The position numbers and the translations under genes were made by a program. The notes below the pieces were generated by a model. It worked only from the letters and a program-made list of their open reading frames with translations. It did not search any database and was not told the DNA's origin. From positions 1 through 37,305 of the forward strand of contig JBHLNT010000025.1 in assembly GCA_048941265.1 (NCBI GenBank): a stretch of DNA of 37,305 nucleotides, in the 5' to 3' direction. Of the stretch, positions 29,890 through 37,305 are shown in pieces (position 1 is the first letter of the stretch; every line of letters starts with the position of its first letter). Source of the stretch: Promethearchaeota archaeon (GTDB lineage: Archaea > Asgardarchaeota > Lokiarchaeia > Sigyniarchaeales > SOKP01).

Positions 29890-30048
29890 TCAAATTTAAT
29901 GATAAATAACAAAAATTTTATCAATTTTTTTTATATAAGGTATTAGATCTATAACAAAGACTTATGTGTGACATAAAAATTTCAATCTCAATTCAATCCT
30001 CATTAAAATCTTAATTCCAAAATTTTCTATTAAAATTCATTTTGAAGA

Positions 30049-30588
30049 ATGGATAACTTTAAGCAGAAAATACTTATCACTGGTCCTCCGAGATGTGGGA
30101 AATCAACGTTGATATCTAGATTGATTGAACATCTGCGGAAAAATTTTAAAATTTATGGTTTTATAACACCCGAAATTAGAAAACAGAATAAAAGAGAGGG
30201 TTTTAATGTCGAAGATCTTAATTCAAAGAAGAGATTTCCTCTTGCTAAAGTAGGTGATTTTAAAACAAATTTCAAATTAGGGAGATATTCTGTATTTATT
30301 AAAGACTTTGAAAACTATATTAATAATTTTTTGGAGCCCATTTATGAGGTTCCAGGTTCGATATTCTGTATTGATGAGATTGGGAAAATGGAACTTTTCT
30401 CTAAGAAATTTCAAGAATTCATCAAAAAATTATTTCAATCAAATAATTTAGTAATAGCGACCGTCGGAGAAAAAATAAAACATCCTATCAAGGACTATAT
30501 ATTAAATGTATCGAATTTGATTCTTATTAATTTAAATCTCAGCAATCAGGATGAAATTTTTAATAAAATAGTTTCAATTGTTAAATAG
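30049..30588 (+). CDS. THEP1/NTPase_1 family P-loop NTPase
   Basis: ITGPPRCGKST Walker A, GFITPEIR...REGF, IDEIGKMEL Walker B. Confidence 0.92.
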   Translation: MDNFKQKILITGPPRCGKSTLISRLIEHLRKNFKIYGFITPEIRKQNKREGFNVEDLNSKKRFPLAKVGDFKTNFKLGRYSVFIKDFENYINNFLEPIYEVPGSIFCIDEIGKMELFSKKFQEFIKKLFQSNNLVIATVGEKIKHPIKDYILNVSNLILINLNLSNQDEIFNKIVSIVK

Positions 30589-30708
30589 CTTAAATTTAGT
30601 TCTTTATGCAAAAATTTTTAATTAAGACCAACGTTATTTTATTAAATAAATTTTAGAGATGCCTTTAAAAAGGGATATAAAGTAAAAAAAAGTGTAAGTT
30701 CATAATTT

Positions 30709-30825
30709 ATGAAGTTTAAATGCGACAAATGCGGCCATGAATTCGAGTCAGATGATTTGCCAGATGAAGATCAACTTTGCCCCGGCTGTGGCGATAATGA
30801 TTGCACTTTTAGTATAATAGATTAG
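30709..30825 (+). CDS. 38-aa rubredoxin-like / CPxCG zinc-finger microprotein (absent from the ORF track)
   Basis: Translates to MKFKCDKCGHEFESDDLPDEDQLCPGCGDNDCTFSIID*. It is a GC-richer island in AT-rich intergenic DNA, followed by a T-rich tract. Confidence 0.85.
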   Translation: MKFKCDKCGHEFESDDLPDEDQLCPGCGDNDCTFSIID

Positions 30826-30997
30826 CTGATTTTTCTTTTATTATTATTTCTTGCTTTTAACTCTGGTCAAATTCAGTATTTTTATTTGTCATGAAGATAT
30901 ATTTAAAAATTTGGATATTTATGCCTTTTCAAAAACTCTAATCATTTTGATTAGAAAATTAAAGAAAAAGAAAAAAAATGTAAGATTTAGAATATAA

Positions 30998-31726
30998 TTA
31001 TTTTGCTAACCGATTTTTCATAACATCAGGTAAAATCCAACCCAGATAAAAGAATATCGCGCTTAAAATTAATAATACTCGAACTAGTACAACAATCACT
31101 GGCGAAAATAGAAAAAAAGAGTCTAAAACGGCGCAAGCAGCATAAATTAGAAAAGCTATTATTAAGAACTTTCCTCTTAATCGTAGTTCAGGATCATCTG
31201 ATTTTCGCGAAGCGTTAGCAAATATAAGAAACGTAACTAAAGCTGTGATCAAGAAGAAAAGTAAAGTAAATCGAACGAATGGTCTATATACTGCAGAAAA
31301 GGTTCTTTCGAAATATCCGATCATATTGACTCGATCAGTAAAGAGAAAATAGAAAAAGAGGACCTCACAGACAAGGCTAATAATTGTGTATATTCCAACG
31401 ATAACTTTTTTCTTTTCTTGATACATAAAATCTGTAAAGGTGATTAGCCAAAGTACGGTAATAATCGGAATGAAGACATATCCAATAATAAATCTTATAT
31501 CCTCTGCTAAAATTATATTAAAAAAAAGCAATACAAAAGCAAGTGCTCCGTGCATCCAAGGAGTTGAGATTCCAATCCACGTTATTCCAACATAAATATA
31601 ATACCGTTTTTCAAATTCAAAATATTTTGAAAGAATTTTAAGTCCAACTATAAATGAAATAATAACGAAGATTAAATTAAAAGTTCCTGTTAATATTTCG
31701 ACCAATGTTAATTCTATTATAAACAC
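30998..31726 (-). CDS. Integral membrane protein with about 7 predicted TM helices
   Basis: Seven hydrophobic stretches separated by short basic loops; GTG start. Confidence 0.8.
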   Translation of the reverse strand: MFIIELTLVEILTGTFNLIFVIISFIVGLKILSKYFEFEKRYYIYVGITWIGISTPWMHGALAFVLLFFNIILAEDIRFIIGYVFIPIITVLWLITFTDFMYQEKKKVIVGIYTIISLVCEVLFFYFLFTDRVNMIGYFERTFSAVYRPFVRFTLLFFLITALVTFLIFANASRKSDDPELRLRGKFLIIAFLIYAACAVLDSFFLFSPVIVVLVRVLLILSAIFFYLGWILPDVMKNRLAK

Positions 31727-31906
31727 CTGATGAATTTGTTATTAAAATGATTATAAAATAGTTAACTTAAATCTATTTAAATCTTCATAACGAAACTTCT
31801 TAAATTTAATAAATTTGTCGGAATTCAGATATTTTTAAGAAAAAGATATATTTTTTCTACAATTTCATTTCCTAATTTATAATAATATATATCTTATAGA
31901 TGAAAG

Positions 31907-32113
31907 ATGGATTGTAACCAAGCAGAAATAAAAAAAAGATGTGCGTGTACTTATAGTAGTTGCAGTAGATTGGGAAAATGTTGTGAATGTATTGAATATC
32001 ATTTAGTCAATAGCGAATTACCTGGCTGCGTGTTTGCTAAAATTTCTAAAGAAGCAGAAATTTCTTACGATAGAAGCTTTAGACATTTTGCTTCATTAAT
32101 TCTGGGGAAATAG
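31907..32113 (+). CDS. Small Cys-rich protein (DUF6485-like)
   Basis: CACTYSSCSRLGKCCECIEYH...ELPGCVF...YDRS pattern. Confidence 0.75.
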   Translation: MDCNQAEIKKRCACTYSSCSRLGKCCECIEYHLVNSELPGCVFAKISKEAEISYDRSFRHFASLILGK

Positions 32114-32190
32114 CTTAATTTTAAAGAATTAAAATTAGCTTTTTTCTCAATCTTTTTCTAATTTTTAAGATCAACGTATAGAGATTCAAA

Positions 32191-32200
32191 GAAAAAAGGG
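32191..32200 (-). terminator. Oligo-U terminator of the RNase P RNA gene
   Basis: The minus strand reads CCCTTTTTTC directly after the 3' strand of P1. Confidence 0.55.
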
Positions 32201-32523
32201 GACACCTGAAAGCTATACCCGCCTTTTTGTACTGTTTTCGTCACCGTAAAACAGATTGGGCATCAAACTAAGCGTCCTACCTAAAGCTCGCTCCAAGGGC
32301 TCATCACTTTCATTTGGACTTGCACCAGGGTTTTAACTCGTTCCAACCAATCCCTCTTACAATTTCCTTGGCTTACCAAATCATTAATATCTGCAAGAAG
32401 ACAGTGTCGTTTCAGTTGCTAAAATACGGTTCTCACCGTAATAGTAATCTACTCCCTGCTTGGAATGTGAGGCGAGGTTCCTCAGCGGGTCGAGCCCACC
32501 GTCAGCCCAAGCTTTCATTTGTC
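32201..32523 (-). ncRNA. rnpB: RNase P RNA (archaeal, type A-like)
   Basis: Read on the minus strand: P1 GACA..UGAAAGCU/AGCUUUCA..UGUC; CR-I GAGGAACCUCGCCU pairs with CR-V ACAAAAAGGCGGGUAUA to form P4 with the bulged U; P6 UCCAAG/CUUGGA; P7 CAGGG/CCCUG; P9 UACGGU-GAGA-ACCGUA; CR-II GCAACUGAAAC; CR-III GGAACGAG..AAACCCC..GGUGCAAG. Confidence 0.93.
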
Positions 32524-32544
32524 ACTAAAAATAAGTATAGATGA

Positions 32545-32562
32545 CTTTAAAAATATTTCTAT
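32545..32562 (-). promoter_or_regulatory. Probable TATA/BRE promoter of rnpB
   Basis: The minus strand reads AGAAATATTTTTAAAG, with the TTTTAAA box about 25 nt upstream of the predicted 5' end (32523). Confidence 0.5.
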
Positions 32563-32698
32563 TCCCCATGGAATCTTAAGAGATACCTAATTAGTTCATT
32601 AAAAAAGTTAAATTTCAATGTCCCAAATCTTTTTATTTATTATATTTTTTACTATTCTAACAAAAGTAACTTATATCAATATAACAGAGAAAACACAT

Positions 32699-33835
32699 AT
32701 GCCTTTAAAAATGCATGAAAAAGAAACAATGACTCCAAGAGAACGTGTTGAGACTGCTTTAGCGATAAAAGAACCAGATCGAATCCCAATTACGCCATCT
32801 TTTCATTGTGCTCAAGCAAGATTAACTGGACTGACTATTGAGGAGTTCTTTTTTGATATTCCAAAATCATATGAGGCCACAAAAAAAGTATGGGAGATGT
32901 TTGGTGGCTTTGATGTTTATACTGGCTGTTCTCCGATACTTGGCTATTATGCTCCCATTCCGAATTCTCATAGTATGTTTTATTTTGATTGGACGCTTCC
33001 AAAGGGTAATCTCCCGGAACAAATGCATGAAAAGGAGCTAATGAAGCGTGAAGATTATGATCTTGTAATTGAAAAAGGATTTACTCCTTTTAAAAGACGA
33101 GCTGAATTAAGTAAAGAATTTGCAAGAATAATGGTTGAATTTTCTAAGCTAGATACGGCAAATTGGCTTAAAGAAATGGATGTATTACCCCTTGCTGAAG
33201 CATTTATTGAACCCCCTGTTGATATGATCTCATTTTTGAGGAGTTTTAATAAATTTATGACAGACTTGGTTGAGATTCCAGAAAAAGTCGTAGAGGCTTG
33301 TGAAGCTACAGAAAAAGAATTATTGAGATCATTAGATCTCCAATTCCGAGCCTTTAAAAGCAAAGATGCACGAGCTCAAATGTGTCTATTAGGTGTTTCA
33401 AGGATAGCGACAAATTGGATCTCCCCTAAGAAATTTGATCTCTTCTGGCCTCATATTAAAAGGATTTCGGATTATATCATTAAAAATGGGTTTATCGTTC
33501 AATACCACCTGGATAACGATTACACTGATGTGCTGGAATATTTTACTGAATTTCCTAAAGGAAAAGTTATGTTCCACTTGGATACGACTGATATATTTAA
33601 AGCCAAAGAAATTTTGGGTGATCGTGCTTGCCTGATGGGAAATGTACCACCTCAAATTACAGGAAGGGGATCTCCTAAAGACGTTGAGAATTACTGTAAG
33701 AAACAAATCGAAGGATGTATGGAAGGTGGAGGTTATATGTTAGGTTCATCATGTGTTTTACCTGACGAGATTCCAGCAGAAAATCTTAAAGCAATGAAAG
33801 ACTGCGTAATGAAATACGGTTTTTATAAAAAATAA
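32699..33835 (+). CDS. Uroporphyrinogen decarboxylase / MtaA-CmuA family (corrinoid methyltransferase-like) protein
   Basis: MTPRERV...EPDRIP N-terminus, ISPKKFD, HLD, LMGNVPP, GGYMLGSSC...IPAENLKAM; adjacent to a corrinoid protein. ATG 32699 is preferred over 32618. Confidence 0.88.
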   Translation: MPLKMHEKETMTPRERVETALAIKEPDRIPITPSFHCAQARLTGLTIEEFFFDIPKSYEATKKVWEMFGGFDVYTGCSPILGYYAPIPNSHSMFYFDWTLPKGNLPEQMHEKELMKREDYDLVIEKGFTPFKRRAELSKEFARIMVEFSKLDTANWLKEMDVLPLAEAFIEPPVDMISFLRSFNKFMTDLVEIPEKVVEACEATEKELLRSLDLQFRAFKSKDARAQMCLLGVSRIATNWISPKKFDLFWPHIKRISDYIIKNGFIVQYHLDNDYTDVLEYFTEFPKGKVMFHLDTTDIFKAKEILGDRACLMGNVPPQITGRGSPKDVENYCKKQIEGCMEGGGYMLGSSCVLPDEIPAENLKAMKDCVMKYGFYKK

Positions 33836-33866
33836 TGAAATTTTTAATCAGTGAGGTATATTTTAA

Positions 33867-34496
33867 ATGAATAGTGAGTTAGTTAATGCGATGGGAAACT
33901 TAGAGAGAGCAAAAGTTTTAGAATTAGTGAATGAAGAACTAAAAAAAGGGACTGATCCTTTAAAAATTATAGAATGGCTCTCTGAGGGAGTAAAAATTGT
34001 TGGCGATTATTTTGAGAAAAAGGAATATTTCTTAGCCGAATTAATAACTGGTGGCGATATTTTTGAAAATGCTTTTGAGATTTTAAAACCGATGTTAGAA
34101 AAGAGTGGAACTCCCAATCAGAGCAAGGTAAAGATTATAATTGGAACAGTTCAAGGAGATGTTCATGATATTGGAAAAAATATTGTTAAAACTATTTTAA
34201 TTGCATCTGGATTTAATGTTGAGGATTTAGGAGTCGATGTACCACCTGAGAAATTTATAGAAGCAATCAAACAGCCAGGAGTTTCTATTCTTGGATTATC
34301 GGCGTTGCTCACAATAGCTATCGATTCCGTGATAAATCTTATTAATTCAATCCAAAAAGAAAATCTGAGAAATAAGATAAAGATTATCGTGGGGGGAAGT
34401 GCCTTTAATGAAGATATTGTTAGAACTTTAGATGTGGATGCCTACGGTAAGAATCCACAAGAAGCTGTGAAAATATGTCAAAACCTCTCAAAATAA
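33867..34496 (+). CDS. Corrinoid (B12-binding) protein, MtbC/MttC-like
   Basis: Cap domain plus GTVQGDVHDIGKN (DxHxxG), LGVDVPPEKF, SALLT, GG. Confidence 0.93.
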   Translation: MNSELVNAMGNLERAKVLELVNEELKKGTDPLKIIEWLSEGVKIVGDYFEKKEYFLAELITGGDIFENAFEILKPMLEKSGTPNQSKVKIIIGTVQGDVHDIGKNIVKTILIASGFNVEDLGVDVPPEKFIEAIKQPGVSILGLSALLTIAIDSVINLINSIQKENLRNKIKIIVGGSAFNEDIVRTLDVDAYGKNPQEAVKICQNLSK

Positions 34497-34754
34497 TTGC
34501 GAATATTCGATATTAGATATTAAATAAATTAAGAGAGTTGAAAGTAGCAAAATTTTTTGTAATATTTTGATATTTTAATCTTTTTTTTTCCAAATAAAGG
34601 AATATTGAAAGATATACGACGCTAATCCATCTTTAAAAAATAATTAGAATAACTAAATTAGCGTATTATATCTCTTTCAGATTATAATCAAGATAAAAAT
34701 TATTAAAAAAAAAGAAAATAAATGTTGTTATAGATATTTATTTGATTTCACAAT

Positions 34755-36839
34755 TTAGGTAAGTAATGGTCCAATTATTCCTGCTCCAGCGTTAAACATT
34801 AAAAGGAATCCCATGAATATTGATGCTGTTAAGGACATAACTACAAGCAATGTATTTATACTTGGACCAGCTGTATCCTTGAAAGGATCTCCAACTGTGT
34901 CACCTGTTATTGAAGCCTTGTGAGCTTCAGTGCCTTTACCTCCCAGATTACCATCTTCAATAAATTTCTTAGCATTATCCCAGCTGCCTCCTGCATTACT
35001 CATAAAGATAGCAAATATAAATCCGGATAATATAGACCCCGCCAGAAAAGCACCTAATGATGCAACACCGAAAAGAATCCCGACCAATAAAGGTGTGATA
35101 ATTGATATGATACTTGGAGAAACTAATTCTCTTAATGCACCTCTTGTAGCAATGTCAATGCATTTATTAAAATCAGCAGGCTCTTCTCCAGTCAAGATTT
35201 TTGGATTTTCTTCGAATTGACGTCTAATTTCTTCAACCATTTTCCCTGCATTTCTTTGCACCGCAAGCACTAATAGAGCTGAAAATAAAGCTGGAATAAT
35301 AACACCAATAAAAGCTCCAATCAGAACATCAACTGAGATTAAATGTATAACTTCGATATTAGCTTCTTCTGCAAAAGAGAACATTAGGGCTAATACAGTA
35401 AGATTCGCGGCACCAATGGCAAAACCTTTTGTGATAGCCTTCGCTGTATTTCCTGCCGAATCAAGACGATCAGCTGTACGAATAACATCCTCTCCTAATT
35501 CACCTTGCTCAGCAATACCTCTCGCATTATCAACAATAGGTCCATATGCATCATTTGATACAATTGTACCTACAATAGATAACATCCCAACTGCCGCCAT
35601 ACCAACTCCTAAAATACCATCAAGCATATAGGCAACAGCCATAGCAATAATGATCCCGATTGCAGGAGGGACAACACTTATAAGACCATATGAAAACCCA
35701 CTAAGAATAACAACAGCATCTCCATCTTGAGCGGCATTTGCAATATTTCGAGTAGGGTTTCTATCATCTCGAGTGTAATAATCACTTGTGAAACCTATAA
35801 CAATTCCGCTAAGTAGACCGATAACAGTGGCAAAATAATTTCTCCATAATTTCGCTTGGACCGAGGGTATTTCTCCCAGACCAATTAAATAAATAAACAA
35901 TGCAGCTAAGATGGCAAAAAAGACAGTTGCCAAATAAGTCCCTGTATTTAAGGCTTTACCAGGTTCTTCAGAGCCTCGTGTTTTTACATATAATATTCCA
36001 AGCAGTGAAGAGAGTAACCCAACACCACATAAAATAAGAGGTAAAATCACAAATAAAGGCAATGCAGGTCCAATAACTAAAGCTGCTGCTAATAACATTG
36101 CAGCTACAATTGAAGCAACGTAAGAGTCAAATAAATCACTACCCATACCAGCAATATCGCCCACATTATCTCCCACATTATCGGCGATTGTCGCAGGATT
36201 TCGAGGATCATCTTCAGGTAATTTATATTCAGCTTTGCCTACTAAATCAGCTCCAACATCCGCAGTTTTTGTATAGATACCTCCTCCACATTTCATAAAT
36301 AATGCTACACTGCTAGCTCCAAAACTGAATCCTAAAACCACTATCGGATCTGGTAGAAACAAATAGATGACAGAGACGCCAATTAAAGCAGCTCCTACAA
36401 CCGCAAGTCCCATAACAGCACCACCAAAAAATGCTACATCAAAGCCTTCTTTCGTACTTTTTGAACAAGCTTGAGCAGACCTTGTATTGGCTTTTACACC
36501 AACTTCCATACCGATATATCCGGCAAACATTGAGGCAAAAGCTCCAATAAGATATGTAAAACTTTGCTCCCAATTCATAAATTTAATCACTCGAAGATTT
36601 TCATCCACTCGAGAAGGTAAGAAAAGTAATGCTGTGGCTATTACAATAACAAATATACCTAAAGTCAAATATTGTCGTTTAAGAAAAGTCCCCGCACCAG
36701 ATGCAATATAACCAGCGACTTCTTGCATCCTTTCATTACCAGGCTCTGCCTTCATCACTTTTTTAGCGAAGACAATTGCCATTAGAATACTTAAAACACC
36801 AGCTATTATAGCTATATATATATAAATTGGTACTTCCAT
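34755..36839 (-). CDS. hppA: Membrane-bound ion-translocating pyrophosphatase, predicted K+-independent H+-PPase
   Basis: GGGIYTKTADVGADLVGKAE, EDDPRN, ADNVGDNVGD, DAYGPIVDNA, GDTVGDPFKD. GNTAKA carries Lys at the K+-dependence determinant position. Confidence 0.95.
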   Translation of the reverse strand: MEVPIYIYIAIIAGVLSILMAIVFAKKVMKAEPGNERMQEVAGYIASGAGTFLKRQYLTLGIFVIVIATALLFLPSRVDENLRVIKFMNWEQSFTYLIGAFASMFAGYIGMEVGVKANTRSAQACSKSTKEGFDVAFFGGAVMGLAVVGAALIGVSVIYLFLPDPIVVLGFSFGASSVALFMKCGGGIYTKTADVGADLVGKAEYKLPEDDPRNPATIADNVGDNVGDIAGMGSDLFDSYVASIVAAMLLAAALVIGPALPLFVILPLILCGVGLLSSLLGILYVKTRGSEEPGKALNTGTYLATVFFAILAALFIYLIGLGEIPSVQAKLWRNYFATVIGLLSGIVIGFTSDYYTRDDRNPTRNIANAAQDGDAVVILSGFSYGLISVVPPAIGIIIAMAVAYMLDGILGVGMAAVGMLSIVGTIVSNDAYGPIVDNARGIAEQGELGEDVIRTADRLDSAGNTAKAITKGFAIGAANLTVLALMFSFAEEANIEVIHLISVDVLIGAFIGVIIPALFSALLVLAVQRNAGKMVEEIRRQFEENPKILTGEEPADFNKCIDIATRGALRELVSPSIISIITPLLVGILFGVASLGAFLAGSILSGFIFAIFMSNAGGSWDNAKKFIEDGNLGGKGTEAHKASITGDTVGDPFKDTAGPSINTLLVVMSLTASIFMGFLLMFNAGAGIIGPLLT

Positions 36840-37305
36840 ATTTTTTCACTATATTTTTTGTTGTAAAGTTTTGTAAAGTATTTATGTAATATTTAAACTA
36901 TTAGCTTAATACTTTAAAACATTACCAATTTTTTAATTATGAAGCCATTTATACAGAAAAAACAAATTAGAAGAAAACATATTGAATTCTCTTTATTTTG
37001 TTCCCGCTAGTGAATTGGAGTTTTACAAAAATGTATTACGTAAAAGTAAGGTTGAAATTTTATCAAAGAAATTTTATACAATCCTATAAATAACTCTAAA
37101 AAGAGGTCCATATAAATCTATTGTGATATACATAATAAATATACAATCCCAGAAAAAAGAATAAGGGAATGTGTTCCAAACTATAACATCAGACCAATCA
37201 GAAACTTCCTCATTTATAGCGTCAATTAGAGCAGTTAGTCCATTTTCGCCAAAACATAATAAAAAATAGGATAAATCCCAAATTTCTAATCGAAATGATT
37301 TTTTA

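Noticed and set aside
32314-32544. 76-aa ORF on the plus strand
   Set aside because: It is antisense to the RNase P RNA gene and has no protein-like features.
36900-37305. Short open frames on both strands upstream of hppA
   Set aside because: No convincing start codon or recognisable motif; a gene remnant cannot be supported at the window edge.
1-37305. CRISPR array, tRNA/rRNA genes, transposases, integrases, or further BHB insertions
   Set aside because: None recognised by eye. Short in-frame introns (length divisible by 3, no stop) cannot be excluded without alignments.

Overview
An AT-rich archaeal chromosomal segment, most consistent with Asgard archaea (Lokiarchaeia/Promethearchaeota-like). 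This is inferred from the HEAT+LRR protein, wHTH-V4R-like regulator, 7TM membrane protein, DUF3795 and polyferredoxin paralogues, monoderm-type DnaK and an archaeal type-A RNase P RNA. It encodes mostly metabolic and housekeeping genes: two ThDP-dependent enzyme paralogues, a Zn-dehydrogenase, an esterase, an acyl-CoA ligase alpha chain, a QueG/RdhA-like Fe-S protein, a B12-type radical SAM enzyme, an OleB/haloalkane-dehalogenase-like hydrolase, grpE/dnaK/dnaJ, a UroD/MtaA-like methyltransferase with a corrinoid protein, and a membrane pyrophosphatase. No CRISPR array, tRNA, rRNA or transposase was recognised. The most notable signal is that the first ThDP-enzyme gene, which the ORF track shows as two broken ORFs, is interrupted by a 31-nt insertion (669-699). 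The insertion folds with its flanks into an archaeal bulge-helix-bulge (BHB) splicing motif. Cleavage at the canonical BHB positions restores the frame exactly and gives a junction matching the intron-less paralogue 3 kb downstream, so it is a candidate tRNA-endonuclease-type intron in a protein-coding mRNA. The ORF track also misses the RNase P RNA gene (32201-32523, minus), a 38-aa CxxC/CPxCG microprotein (30709-30825) and the true 5' part of the SMP-30 lactonase gene.
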